Assembly: GCA_963716395.1 (NCBI GenBank)
Contig: OY970309.1
Coordinates: 1,120,001-1,184,000 of the forward strand
Source: an uncultured Fibrobacteria bacterium
Lineage (GTDB): Bacteria > Fibrobacterota > Fibrobacteria > UBA11236
Direction: 5' to 3'
Length of the DNA stretch: 64,000 bases
Shown: piece after piece, positions 19,236 through 29,705 of the stretch
How positions within the stretch are numbered: the first letter of the stretch is position 1
Layout: each line of letters starts with the position of its first letter
Notes under the pieces: generated by a model
What the model was told of the DNA's origin: nothing
Seen by the model: the letters and a program-made list of their open reading frames with translations, nothing else
Database searches by the model: none
Position numbers and translations under genes: made by a program

Positions 19236-20290
19236 ACGCGCCCGCGAAGTCGACTCCCGCCGGAGCCGTGCTCGGCGCGTTGGATCGATTCTTCGCGGCC
19301 GAACCCGAGGTTCTGGATTGGGGAACGGTCGGTGTGAACGGCCCTTTGCCGCATGCCGAAGAACTCGCGGATTGGGTCGCCCAGGGGCTGCATGCCGGAC
19401 TGCGGTATATGGAGGCCCATCTCGAACAACGCCAGTCACCGCAGCGGCTTTTTCCCTGGGCCCGCAGCGCCGTGCTGTTTTCCCTGCGCCCGCCCGCGGC
19501 CTGGGGAGCGAATACGGGAAGCTTTCGGGTGGCCGCGTATGCGCTGGGCGAAGATTACCATCGCCGCGCCCGCCACGTTCTCGCCGCCGCGCAGAAACTC
19601 TTGGCCGAACTGGATCCGGCGCTCCGCGTTGCGGGCTTTGCCGACACCTGGCCGGTGTTCGAACGCGATCTCGCCGCCGAAGCCGGCCTGGGTTGGCGCG
19701 GCAAAAACACCTGCCTGATCGACAAACGCCAGGGTTCGGGGTTTTTACTGGCCGGATTTTTTCTCGCAGCCGAATTGCAAGCACGACAGGCGCCGGCCAC
19801 CGACTTCTGCGGCCAATGCACGGCCTGCCTGGATCAATGCCCCACGGGCGCGCTGCTGGAACCGGGCCGGCTCGACGCCGGCAAATGCATCAGTTATTGG
19901 ACCATCGAAGCCAAGGGCGAAGTGCCCGCGTCGATGGCGGATCAAACCGGCGGCTGGATTTTCGGCTGCGACATTTGCCAGGAAGTTTGCCCCTGGAATC
20001 ACAAGCACAAAGCCCGCGAGGCTTCGCCGCCGCCGGATTGGCCCCTGACGCCGGCCGCTTGGCTGTCGCTGTTGCGCCCGGGCGGCGGCTTTCAAAGCCG
20101 CTTCCGCCGCACGCCGCTGGCGCGGGCCGGAAGAAAAGGCATGCTCCGCAATGTGCTGATCGCCCTGCGGCAAAAGCCTCCGGACGCATCCGTCGCGGAT
20201 TTGATCGCGGTCATGGCGGACGAAGAGACGGATCCCGTGCTCCAAAACGAATTGCAGCGCACGCGCGCACATTTCGCCAACGGGGCGTGA
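19232..20290 (+). CDS. queG: Epoxyqueuosine reductase
   Basis: YALGEDYH, AGLGWRGKN, CGQCTACLDQCPTGA, CISYWTIE, FGCDICQEVCPWN. Confidence 0.95.
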   Translation: MNAPAKSTPAGAVLGALDRFFAAEPEVLDWGTVGVNGPLPHAEELADWVAQGLHAGLRYMEAHLEQRQSPQRLFPWARSAVLFSLRPPAAWGANTGSFRVAAYALGEDYHRRARHVLAAAQKLLAELDPALRVAGFADTWPVFERDLAAEAGLGWRGKNTCLIDKRQGSGFLLAGFFLAAELQARQAPATDFCGQCTACLDQCPTGALLEPGRLDAGKCISYWTIEAKGEVPASMADQTGGWIFGCDICQEVCPWNHKHKAREASPPPDWPLTPAAWLSLLRPGGGFQSRFRRTPLARAGRKGMLRNVLIALRQKPPDASVADLIAVMADEETDPVLQNELQRTRAHFANGA

Positions 20291-20304
20291 AGTTCGGATC
20301 GCGC

Positions 20305-22809
20305 TCAGTTCTCGGGCAGCATTTTCTTGTCGCCGCCCCACTTGCGAAAGGATCGGAAGTATTGCTCGGCTTCGTCGGGCTTGGATTTCAACACGGCGAC
20401 TCCGGCATAATAATACCCCATGGGATCTTCCGGGCAAAGCTGCATAACGCGGCGGCTGCTGGTCGAAACCGATTCCAGTTGCCCGGACTCCTGCGCGAGT
20501 TTGGCCGCTTCCACCCAGAGACTGCACGACAAAGGTTTGGCCGCCAGCCCCCGTTGCACCGTCGTGTTGGCTTGGGCCGGGCGTTTGCCGGCCGCCAGAG
20601 CTTCGGCCAAGGCGACCAGGCCATCTTCGTTCCGGGGATCGATTCCCAAAGCCTTTTGCGCCGTGGCCTGGGCTTCGGCGATCTGGCCCTTCTGCAGGCG
20701 AAAGCGCGCTTGCAAAGCCAGGGCTTCGGGCAGGGGAGACGCTAACAGAGAAAGCGCCAGATGATGGATTTCGGCTTCGGGCATGCCGCGGGCCTCGAAA
20801 GCCAAAGCCATTCCGTAAAAACCGCGCGCCTCCCAAACCGGATCGGTGTATTGCGACAACTCCTTGAAATCGTTTTCCGCGTCGTCTTCATTCCCCAGCT
20901 TGACCTGGCAAAGACCCAGGTGATAAAGCGCCTCCGGATATTCCGCCCGATAGCCGAGGGCCGCTTCGAATTCGCCGCGCGCATCCTTGAGCCGGTTTTG
21001 CAGGGCGTAGGTCAAACCGAGGTAATAGTGATATTCGGGATTGTGGGAATCCTTCCCCAGCAATTGGCTCAGCAACTTTTCGCCTTCGTCGAGATTGCTG
21101 GTGAAAGTGTGGGCGGCGGCGAGGGCGATTTGCGCCTTGGCCCGCGCATAACGCACTTCGTCCGCATGCAAATAGGGAGAGCCCCCGGAAAGCTCCAAGG
21201 CTTTTTCGGGTTGGCCCAGGCGCGTCAACAAGTCCATGTGGTGCGCCAGCGCCGGGGCCGAAGGAAAGCGCCGTTCGAGCGCGGCATAAACCGAAAGGGC
21301 CTGGTTCGGGTTTCCGCTCTTGGCCAGGCAATCCCCGTACAACAGCAGGCCGGTCGGCGACAGATCGGATTGCGCCGGGTCCAGCGCCGCCAGCGCCTGC
21401 TTGAAATCGTCGCGATCCATTTCCAACCGGGCCAGGGCTTCGGCGTAGCGCCCGTCCGCGGGTTTGAGTCGGTTCGCCCGCCGGAAAAAATCTTCGGCTA
21501 CGCCCGGTTGGTTCCGCTTGAGCGCGACCCGGCCCAGCCAATACACGGGTTCGGGATCGCCGGGCGATTTCTTGCCGAGTTTTTTAAATCGACCTTCGGC
21601 GCCGTCGACATCGCCTTGCTCCATTTGAACGCGCGCCAAATCGATTTGCACCTCCGGATCGGCGTCGCCGAAAGCGACGGCCTTCTGCAACACAGCCCTC
21701 GCTTCGTCGAACTTTTTCACTTCCACCAGGCACCGGCCGAACATCGCCAAGACGCCGGCATCCCGGCAATCGGCGCAGGCGATGCGAAAATAGGGTTCGG
21801 CGCCGGCATAATCGTATGCCTGAAACCGCTGCCGGGCCAGGCCCAAGGCCGCCTGGGCGTCGGCCGACGACGAATCGGGCGGCATCGCTTCGCGCCGTGT
21901 GCCCGCACTTTCGCCGGCCGGTCCCCGGTCCGTCGCCGCGGACGCGGTGCTCCCCGGGTAAACCGGAGGGTTGTTTGCGCGGCTGCCGGGCGCTGTTCCC
22001 GGTTGTGACAAGCGTTGCGATTCGATCTGGTACGCGTCGCGGTCGTCGGTGCGGTCGGAAAACAGCCCGGCTTTGCGGTAGCATTCCGCCGCTTCTTTGC
22101 CGTTGCTCTTGGCAAGCGATCGACCCAACCCCGCCCAATAATCCGCGGTCTCCGGCCACTTCTTCAGCAAGCGGCGGTAAACCGCCGCGGCTTTGGCGTT
22201 CTCCCCGGCATGCAGCTCGGCGGCCGCGAGTTTTTCCAACACCACGTTGTCGACTTCGGGGAAATGGGCCAGATCCCGCAAGGCCGCAAGATAGGCTTTG
22301 GGAAATTTTTCCTTGCCGGCGGTTTCCACCGCGTAAAGAAATCGTTCGGCCAGCTTGTGGTCTTCGGGCTTTTTCTCCACCAGCAGACTGAGAATGTCGA
22401 CCTCCCGATCGATTTTGCCCGCACCTTCCAGGGCCGACAGGTATCGGATCAGAAAGGCGGCGTCGCCGGGCTGCAGGGCCTGCGCCTGGGCAAAGGCATC
22501 GACGGCTTCGTCGAACCCGCCCTCTTCCAGAGAGGCATCGGCCAACCACTCCCAGGCATCGCGGTTGCGGGGTTCCTTATCCACGCATTGGCGCAAAGAG
22601 GGAATGGCCCGGCTGATATCGCCCGAGTCGTAAAACGATTTGCCGCGCTGGCAGAGCATGTCGGCAGACGATTTGCGGGCCTCGTGGGCCTTATGCGATC
22701 GGGAGGTGGCCCAGGCACAGAGCACGGCGACGGCGCACAACGCGGGAACCTTGACCGGAAGCGGCGGCCGATTCTGCGTTTGGATGCGAGCGGTTTTTTT
22801 CACTGCCAT
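20305..22809 (-). CDS. Tetratricopeptide-repeat protein with N-terminal membrane anchor
   Basis: 834 aa with many TPR-like units (e.g. PEYHYYLGLTY, PEALYHLGLC) and a Pro/Ala linker. Confidence 0.85.
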   Translation of the reverse strand: MAVKKTARIQTQNRPPLPVKVPALCAVAVLCAWATSRSHKAHEARKSSADMLCQRGKSFYDSGDISRAIPSLRQCVDKEPRNRDAWEWLADASLEEGGFDEAVDAFAQAQALQPGDAAFLIRYLSALEGAGKIDREVDILSLLVEKKPEDHKLAERFLYAVETAGKEKFPKAYLAALRDLAHFPEVDNVVLEKLAAAELHAGENAKAAAVYRRLLKKWPETADYWAGLGRSLAKSNGKEAAECYRKAGLFSDRTDDRDAYQIESQRLSQPGTAPGSRANNPPVYPGSTASAATDRGPAGESAGTRREAMPPDSSSADAQAALGLARQRFQAYDYAGAEPYFRIACADCRDAGVLAMFGRCLVEVKKFDEARAVLQKAVAFGDADPEVQIDLARVQMEQGDVDGAEGRFKKLGKKSPGDPEPVYWLGRVALKRNQPGVAEDFFRRANRLKPADGRYAEALARLEMDRDDFKQALAALDPAQSDLSPTGLLLYGDCLAKSGNPNQALSVYAALERRFPSAPALAHHMDLLTRLGQPEKALELSGGSPYLHADEVRYARAKAQIALAAAHTFTSNLDEGEKLLSQLLGKDSHNPEYHYYLGLTYALQNRLKDARGEFEAALGYRAEYPEALYHLGLCQVKLGNEDDAENDFKELSQYTDPVWEARGFYGMALAFEARGMPEAEIHHLALSLLASPLPEALALQARFRLQKGQIAEAQATAQKALGIDPRNEDGLVALAEALAAGKRPAQANTTVQRGLAAKPLSCSLWVEAAKLAQESGQLESVSTSSRRVMQLCPEDPMGYYYAGVAVLKSKPDEAEQYFRSFRKWGGDKKMLPEN

Positions 22810-23065
22810 GCTTTTCCCCCGCTTTGGGTGGGCCGCGTTTTAATGGGAATTGCTGCCGCATATCCTGCCGGGGCAGGTTACGGAAGGGCATCGGAAAACG
22901 CCGCGATTGATATTCGGCGCTTAACCGATCTTTAACCTAATCAGATTCCAGCGGGTCGGCAGGCCACGGATTCAATTTCGGGAATATCAGCGGCGCGTTT
23001 CTCCCCATTTTGTCGGAGAAGCGTGGAATCCGCCGGCTTGCGTCAACCCGAAATAGGGAAGACGT

Positions 23066-24151
23066 TTACCGGATTTCCACCGGTTTTCCCGTGGCGGCCG
23101 AAGCATAGATGGCGTCGATGATTTTCATCAGCTTCACCGCCTCGTCGGCCGTATTCAGCGGCTCTTCCCGGCCCAGCAGCGCGAGCGCGAAGTTTTGGGC
23201 CGAACGGCTGCGGCCCATCGCCACATCGCCTTCGAAAATGAGGTTGCGATTCACGGGGAACCCGTTTTCCTGGGTGTACAGTTCGCAGGTGTCGATGCTG
23301 GTGGCGTCGATGCCTTCGACCCGGAACAATCGCTGCATTTTGCCCCCGGCCTTCTGTCCCTGGAATACCACCGAAACCACTTCGCGTTCATTCATCTCGG
23401 CCCAAGAGTTGCGCAAAGAGAGAACCTGTCCGGTTTTGAAGGTCACGAATCCGTGCGCGGCGGCTTCGACGTCGGTGACTCCGCCCTGGATGTCGGGAAT
23501 GCCCCAAGGCCCTTTGAACTCTTGGTTGTCGATCAAATCGCTGAAGGTTTGCCCCAGCACAAAAGCCGGCTCGGGATATCCCATGAAATGCAACGCCAAA
23601 TCGATCATGTGGATCAAATCGATCAACGGGCCGCCGCCGGAGAGTTTTTTGGTGGTGAACCACCCGCCGAAACCCGGAATGCCGTTGCGGCGAATCCAGG
23701 TGGCTTGCGCCGAATTGATGCGGCCCACCGTGCCCGAACGGATATAGTCGCGCAGGGCGTAGGCTTCGGGGCGCGCGCGGTTGTTGAAATTGAACATCAA
23801 GGTCTTGCCTTGCTTCTTGGCCGCATCCGCCATTTCGGCGACATGCTTGGCGTTCAGGGCGGGTGGCTTTTCGCAGAACACATGCTTGCCGCGGGCCAGC
23901 GCTTCGAGCACCAACGGATGGTGGAAGGCATTGGGCGTGATGATGGAAACGGCGTCGAGATCGGGAAGAGCCCCGTACATTTCGCCGGCTTCGGCAAAGG
24001 TCATGGAGACGCCGTATTTTTCCGCGGCTTGCTGGGCGGCGGCCGTGTTTTTGTCGGTGATAGCCACGACTTCGGCGCCGGCGCTGCGGAATCCCGCCAC
24101 GTGATAGGCCGCCATCCATCCCGCGCCGACAATGCCGATTTTCAGTGCCAT
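23066..24151 (-). CDS. Gfo/Idh/MocA family oxidoreductase
   Basis: IGIVGAG, TPNAFH, HVFCEKPPA, GGGPLID. Confidence 0.93.
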   Translation of the reverse strand: MALKIGIVGAGWMAAYHVAGFRSAGAEVVAITDKNTAAAQQAAEKYGVSMTFAEAGEMYGALPDLDAVSIITPNAFHHPLVLEALARGKHVFCEKPPALNAKHVAEMADAAKKQGKTLMFNFNNRARPEAYALRDYIRSGTVGRINSAQATWIRRNGIPGFGGWFTTKKLSGGGPLIDLIHMIDLALHFMGYPEPAFVLGQTFSDLIDNQEFKGPWGIPDIQGGVTDVEAAAHGFVTFKTGQVLSLRNSWAEMNEREVVSVVFQGQKAGGKMQRLFRVEGIDATSIDTCELYTQENGFPVNRNLIFEGDVAMGRSRSAQNFALALLGREEPLNTADEAVKLMKIIDAIYASAATGKPVEIR

Positions 24152-24188
24152 CTGCGCCTCTTTTGGTTAAGCACCGGGAGCGGAGTTT

Positions 24189-25343
24189 TCACACTTCCAT
24201 CCGCGTCCATTTGCTGTGGGATTTGTTGCTGGCCAGAAGCGCCTCGATGAAGGCGACCCCGATGACGCCGTCTTCGACCGTGGGGTGATCGCAGACGGGG
24301 ATTTTCTCTCCGGCCTTGGCCGCCCGAATCCCGCGAAAGGCTTCGCGGTAAATGTTGGCGAAGGCCTCGATATAACCGTCGGGATGTCCCCAGATCAATC
24401 GGGCCGCGGCCTGCGCTTCGGGGGCCAGATTGCTGTTGCCTTTCGAGTAGCGGGTTTGCGTGCCGGCCGGATCCTTGACCAGCAAATAATTCGGATCTTC
24501 CTGCTTCCATTCCAGGCCGAGCTTGGTGCCGTAAACGCGGATGCTCAGGGGATTTTCCTCGCCCGCAGAAATCTGCGAGGCGTAGAGCACGCCGCGCGCG
24601 CCGCCCTTGAAGTGCAAGAGCAAGTTGCCGTCATCTTCGAGGCCGTTGCCTTTGACGAAGGTGGTGAGATCAGCGCACACCTCGTCGATTTCGAGTCCGG
24701 TGATATAGCGCACCAGGTTTTCCCCGTGGGTTCCCAAATCGCCCATGCAACCCGAACCGCCCGCGATTTTCGGATCCATGCGCCACATGCCGATGGCGTT
24801 GCCGGGGCTGGTGATAAGTCCGCTCATCCACCCTTGCGGGTATTCGCACACCACCTTGTTGATGGTGCCGAGCAAGCCGCTTTTCACCATGTGGCGCGCC
24901 TGCTTGACCATGGGGTAGCCGGTGTAATTGTGCGTGAGGGCGAACACCTTGCCGCTTTTCCGCACGACTTCGCGCAGGGCTTTGGCGTCGGCCAAGGTGG
25001 TGGTCAGGGGCTTGTCGCAAATCACGTGGAAGCCCGCTTCCAAGCAAGTTTTCGCCGCTGCGAAATGCCCGCTGTTCGGAACCACGATGGAGACGAAATC
25101 GATGCGCTGGTCGGCCGGCAACTGGCTTTCTTTCTCGGCCATTTCGGCGAAGCTGCCGTAGACGCGCGCGGGGTCCAACCCCAGTTCTTCGCCCGACTTT
25201 TTCGATTTCGCCGCGTCCCGCGAAAAGGCGCCGGCCACATATTCGGCCTCGCCGTCCAAGGTGGCCGCCATGCGGTGCACGGGGCCGATGAAGGCGCCGA
25301 TGCCGCCGCCCACCATGCCGCCTTTGAGTTTGTTTTGTGCCAT
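24189..25343 (-). CDS. Gfo/Idh/MocA family oxidoreductase
   Basis: GMVGGGIGAFIG.VHR, HVICDKP, HNYTGYPMV, GHPDGYIEAFANIY. Confidence 0.93.
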   Translation of the reverse strand: MAQNKLKGGMVGGGIGAFIGPVHRMAATLDGEAEYVAGAFSRDAAKSKKSGEELGLDPARVYGSFAEMAEKESQLPADQRIDFVSIVVPNSGHFAAAKTCLEAGFHVICDKPLTTTLADAKALREVVRKSGKVFALTHNYTGYPMVKQARHMVKSGLLGTINKVVCEYPQGWMSGLITSPGNAIGMWRMDPKIAGGSGCMGDLGTHGENLVRYITGLEIDEVCADLTTFVKGNGLEDDGNLLLHFKGGARGVLYASQISAGEENPLSIRVYGTKLGLEWKQEDPNYLLVKDPAGTQTRYSKGNSNLAPEAQAAARLIWGHPDGYIEAFANIYREAFRGIRAAKAGEKIPVCDHPTVEDGVIGVAFIEALLASNKSHSKWTRMEV

Positions 25344-25398
25344 AGGTAATGTTTCCGTCTAAAGGTTTGTGGATACTGGATGTTAAAAAAGGGTCATC

Positions 25399-26640
25399 CT
25401 ACGATCGATAGGCTTGGCGGCCGAAGCCCTGCACGGGAATGCCCTGCGCGGCCAGCACTTCGTGATGCAAGGCGAACATGGCCGCGGCCGCCTCGTCGAT
25501 GGCGCGCGTGAAGGCGAGCGAACCCTTGAGAATGGGCCCGAGCTTGGCCTGGTCTTGAATGCGGGCCTTCGGGTATTCGTGCTCCACCACCAAATAGGTG
25601 TGGGCGGGATCGATGTCCAGCAGTTCGCGCGCGGCCAATTGGTGATCGAGCCAATCGACGCTGCGGTTCTGCAAATACGCCAGCGGATCATGCTTGGCCG
25701 TGCCCGGCAATTCGTGTTCGCACAGCACCACCTGTTTTTTCCAGGCGTTGGCCTGATCGGCCGGGTTGGGCGAAGGTTTGCCGTTCATCCAATCGCCGCG
25801 CTGCATGGTTTGTCCGCCGTAACCCCAGGCCGACACGCCTTTGGCGTCGACCACCTGGCCCTTGACGTGGAAACCCGCAATCAGGAAGTTATACCCTTCA
25901 TCTTTCAAATACTGGAACAGCGAACGCGTGTCCTGCCCCATCAAAATGGCATGCGAGGGATCGTAGTGGATGCGGAACTGGTCGCCCACCCCGTGCTTCT
26001 CGCAGATCTTGTGCAAGGCGATCCACGGCCCGGGGGCGTAAGCGATGTTGTTATGCCATTTGTCGGTGACGTTCCAGCCCGGCATGGGGCATTGCTCGAC
26101 GCGGTAGACCAGGCCGCGGGCCTTGGCCTCTTTGAGCAGGGGCACGAACACCTCTTCGAACATGACGAGGTTCGGGTCCATGTCGATTTCGGGATTGCGG
26201 CCCACGAAGCCGCACACCGCATCGGTGCCGAGCAGTACGGCCGCGTCGAACAGGCGCAGCATGAAATCCAGCTTCTTCTTGCGGACGGTGGGGTTGGGAT
26301 GCAGCAGGTTGTCGAAATAGGCGAGGTCGGAAAGGCCCACGCCCGTGGCTTTCATGGCCGCATGCACGCGCGCCGCGCGTTCCTTGGTGAAGGGCTTGCG
26401 AAGATCCAACGTGTTGGCCACGGGATCGAGCATGGCTTCGGGCGGCACATCGCTTTCACTGGGATGCAGGGCCGCGGAAAGCTGGATATTCGGCGAACCG
26501 ACATCTTTAGCGAATTGCAACCACTCTTCGACGGCCAAATCGGGATCGGGATCGCGCTTCGCGCGCGGCGTCAATTCCTGCAAAGCCGCGGTGAGAACGC
26601 TCAATTTCATGGGTTTGGGTTCAAAGCTTTTTATTGCCAT
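25399..26640 (-). CDS. Sugar phosphate isomerase/epimerase (AP-endonuclease-2 TIM barrel) family protein
   Basis: [28 protein letters not shown] metal-binding motifs. Confidence 0.85.
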   Translation of the reverse strand: MAIKSFEPKPMKLSVLTAALQELTPRAKRDPDPDLAVEEWLQFAKDVGSPNIQLSAALHPSESDVPPEAMLDPVANTLDLRKPFTKERAARVHAAMKATGVGLSDLAYFDNLLHPNPTVRKKKLDFMLRLFDAAVLLGTDAVCGFVGRNPEIDMDPNLVMFEEVFVPLLKEAKARGLVYRVEQCPMPGWNVTDKWHNNIAYAPGPWIALHKICEKHGVGDQFRIHYDPSHAILMGQDTRSLFQYLKDEGYNFLIAGFHVKGQVVDAKGVSAWGYGGQTMQRGDWMNGKPSPNPADQANAWKKQVVLCEHELPGTAKHDPLAYLQNRSVDWLDHQLAARELLDIDPAHTYLVVEHEYPKARIQDQAKLGPILKGSLAFTRAIDEAAAAMFALHHEVLAAQGIPVQGFGRQAYRS

Positions 26641-26895
26641 CGCAGCACTCCTTCTTGCAAAGAATAAAGACGCTCCCGCTGCCGAACCGCCGGGAACATC
26701 GTTTTAGTAGGGATACTTAACTTATTAAGAATCTGCCTTCGGAAGCATGGGGTCCGGAGCGTTCCTCTGGATGCGCCTTTCCCTGGCGCGGGCGTTGGGT
26801 TTCGGCCGCGTCGGCGCCCTGCAGGTAACTACGATTAGCTACGGAAAGGCCGGCGCGGAATCGCCGGAGGCTCTCTTTCGCCGATCCCCCCGCGC

Positions 26896-27903
26896 ATGAA
26901 AAAAAACACGACCCTCAAAGATATTGCCCAGCGTCTGGGGATTTCTCCGGCCACAGTGTCCCGCGCCTTGGGAGACCATCCCCATATCAGTGCGGAGCGA
27001 AAAGCCGCCGTATGGAAAATGGCGCGGAAACTCAGTTATCACCCCGACTCGGTCGCGCAAAGCCTGAAAAGCGGAAGCACCCACACCCTCGGGGTGATTG
27101 TGCCCGCCATCAAACACCACTTTTTCTCCGAAGTGCTCGACGGCATCGAAGAGGTGGCGTTCAAGTCGGGCTACACCGTGCTGTTGTGCAAGTCCAACGA
27201 AGACCATGACCGCGAAGTCGTCAATGCCCGCATGCTGGCCTCCAAACGCGTGGCAGGGATCATCGTCTCCCTGGCGCAAAACTCCCGTGACACCGATCAC
27301 TTCTCCGAGTTGATGCGTCGCAACCTTCCCGTGGTTTTCTTCGATCGCGTGCCCGAAAAACTGAAAGCCCCCAAGGTCGTGGTCGATGATTACGCGGCCG
27401 CGTTCGCCTTGACCGAATATCTCATTCGCGCGGGTTACCGGAGGATTGCCCATTTGTCGGGCCCCGAATCCCTGCTAATCACCAAACTGCGCCGAAAAGG
27501 GTTTGAAGACGCGTTGAAGAAACACGGGCTTTCCGCGCCTGCGAACTATCTGATCTTCGGCGGCTTGGAAGAAGAAGACGGCAGAAGCGAAGGCGAACGA
27601 ATCTTGGCGCTTCGTCCCCGGCCCGATGCCGTATTCGCCGTAAACGATCCTGTGGCCTTGGGTGTGTACCGGGCCTGCCACCGCGAAAAAGTGCGCATCC
27701 CGGAAGATTTGGCCGTGGCGGGGTTCAGCGACAATCCCATCTCAGCCTTGCTGAATCCACCCCTGACCACGGTGGCCCAACCGGCCTACGAGATCGGGGT
27801 GGCCGCGGCCAAAATGCTGTTGGAGAGAATCCGCGCGGGAAAACCGGCCAAATCCGAGTTGGTCGTATGCCGCACCAAATTGGTTATCCGCGCGAGCGCC
27901 TAG
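26896..27903 (+). CDS. LacI family transcriptional regulator
   Basis: TLKDIAQRLGISPATVSRAL HTH; IPEDLAVAGF, PPLTTVAQP. Confidence 0.97.
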   Translation: MKKNTTLKDIAQRLGISPATVSRALGDHPHISAERKAAVWKMARKLSYHPDSVAQSLKSGSTHTLGVIVPAIKHHFFSEVLDGIEEVAFKSGYTVLLCKSNEDHDREVVNARMLASKRVAGIIVSLAQNSRDTDHFSELMRRNLPVVFFDRVPEKLKAPKVVVDDYAAAFALTEYLIRAGYRRIAHLSGPESLLITKLRRKGFEDALKKHGLSAPANYLIFGGLEEEDGRSEGERILALRPRPDAVFAVNDPVALGVYRACHREKVRIPEDLAVAGFSDNPISALLNPPLTTVAQPAYEIGVAAAKMLLERIRAGKPAKSELVVCRTKLVIRASA

Positions 27904-28019
27904 TTATCGCCCCCCGGGGCCAAAATTCCCCAGGTTTTCAAAAATATGCCGCCGCATTAACCGAGGAAAAAATTCGGAAAAGACAAACACGCCGCGAAGC
28001 CGGCGGATTATATTGCCCT

Positions 28020-28035
28020 ATGCAAACGATTACAT
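28020..28035. promoter_or_regulatory. LacI-family operator
   Basis: ATGCAAACGATTACAT fits the TGnAAnCGnTTnCA palindrome, ~30 bp upstream of the alpha-galactosidase ATG. Confidence 0.7.
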
Positions 28036-28063
28036 AAACGGATTACGCGAAGGGGACGAGAAA

Positions 28064-29524
28064 ATGAAGCAGACGGATCGGATGGTGCGGAATGTCTGGG
28101 TTTGCGGAGGGATGGCTTTGGCTTTGGCCGCCACGGACGGTGTTGCGCAACTCGGGAAAACCCCGGCCATGGGATGGAACAGTTGGAACAACTTTGCCTG
28201 CAATGTCTCACAGACCCTCTTGGAAAACCAGGCGAATGCCATGGTGAGTTCGGGAATGGCGGCGGCGGGCTATCAATACATCAATGTCGATGATTGCTGG
28301 ATGGGCGGGCGTGACGCCAATGGAAATATTCAGGCCAGCAGCCAATTCACCAACAACAGCCTGGCCACCGTGGCCGCTTACATCCATTCCAAGGGACTCA
28401 AGTTCGGTACCTATACCGATGTGGGTAACCATACCTGCGCCAGCAATGGGGGGCCGGGCCTTCTCGGCCATGAAGGCCAGGATATTAAGCAATTCGTGAA
28501 TTGGGGCGTTGATTATGTGAAAGTTGATTATTGCAATAGCACCACCGCCCAACAGCAGAATCCCGCCGCGGCGTATAAGATCGTAGGGGATTCCATCGCC
28601 TTCTATACGAAAAGCCATCCCCTGTATTTCAGTATTTGCAATTGGGGTCAGGGAAATCCCTGGACGTGGGGCCGTCAGGATGGAGGCAACCAGTGGCGGA
28701 CCACCGGTGATATCAATGCCAGTTGGGGATCGGTTACCGGAATTATTGACCAACAAGTGAATCTATATACCTACTCCGGACCCGGAACTGCGGGCCAAGA
28801 GGGGGGCTGGAACGACCCCGATATGTTGGAAGTCGGCCGGGGTTTGACTCCGGATGAAGATAAATCGCATTTCGCCATCTGGTGCCTGTTGGCGGCGCCT
28901 TTGATCGCGGGCAACGATTTGACGAACATGTCGACCGCCACCAAAGCCATATTAACCGATACCGAGTTAATCGCCGTGGATCAGGATTCTCTGGGGATTC
29001 AGGCGCAGCGCATTTCCTCGGCCAACAACTTGGAAGTATGGGCCCGGCCATTGACCGGCAACGCGCGCGCGGTGGGCCTGTTCAATCGCTCCGGCGCCAC
29101 CGCCACCATCACGGTGAATTGGTCGGATCTCAACAAGTGGAGCGCCTACCCCTGGACCACCAGCCAATCCGTGACCGTGCGCGATTTGTACGGCCACACC
29201 GACGTGGCGACCAACCAAACCGGCAGCTACAGCGCTTCGGTTCCTTCGCATGGCATCGTGGTGGTCAAGCTCAGCGCTACCCCCGTTCCGATCCTGCCGT
29301 TGGCCGGGCCAACGAATCTTTCCGGCATCAAATTGGGATCCAATTTCATCCGTGTGAATTTGCCCGGCTATCACAGTCTGCAAATCCTGGATCTCACCGG
29401 TCGCGTGCTTTGGAGCCGTAGCGGAAACGGAGCTTCGGAATATGGTTTGCCCGGGCTTTCGGCCGACGGCAGCCGCATTCTTCGCGTCGTCACGCCGGAA
29501 TCCAGAACCGACCTCCGGTATTGA
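28064..29524 (+). CDS. GH27 alpha-galactosidase, secreted, with C-terminal sorting-like domain
   Basis: TPAMGWNSWN, NVDDCW, DYVKVDYC, WRTTGDI, WNDPDMLEVG. Confidence 0.95.
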   Translation: MKQTDRMVRNVWVCGGMALALAATDGVAQLGKTPAMGWNSWNNFACNVSQTLLENQANAMVSSGMAAAGYQYINVDDCWMGGRDANGNIQASSQFTNNSLATVAAYIHSKGLKFGTYTDVGNHTCASNGGPGLLGHEGQDIKQFVNWGVDYVKVDYCNSTTAQQQNPAAAYKIVGDSIAFYTKSHPLYFSICNWGQGNPWTWGRQDGGNQWRTTGDINASWGSVTGIIDQQVNLYTYSGPGTAGQEGGWNDPDMLEVGRGLTPDEDKSHFAIWCLLAAPLIAGNDLTNMSTATKAILTDTELIAVDQDSLGIQAQRISSANNLEVWARPLTGNARAVGLFNRSGATATITVNWSDLNKWSAYPWTTSQSVTVRDLYGHTDVATNQTGSYSASVPSHGIVVVKLSATPVPILPLAGPTNLSGIKLGSNFIRVNLPGYHSLQILDLTGRVLWSRSGNGASEYGLPGLSADGSRILRVVTPESRTDLRY

Positions 29525-29705
29525 TGGTGCATGCATGCCTTCGGCATGAGCCGCATCCGACGGGCTATGCGTGGTCTGTTTGTTTACCGACAAATGGGCG
29601 TAAATGGGCGCGGTGCTTTCCTTACCTAAACCGTAAGGAGGGAGCGGCGCTTCGAATTCCTTTCTGCAGCGGCGAGGGAAATGTTTCCGACGAAGGAATT
29701 AAACG

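Noticed and set aside
29525-29705. Possible ncRNA/riboswitch in the intergenic hairpin CATGCC-TTC-GGCATG
   Set aside because: Only a short stem; no recognisable RNA family features
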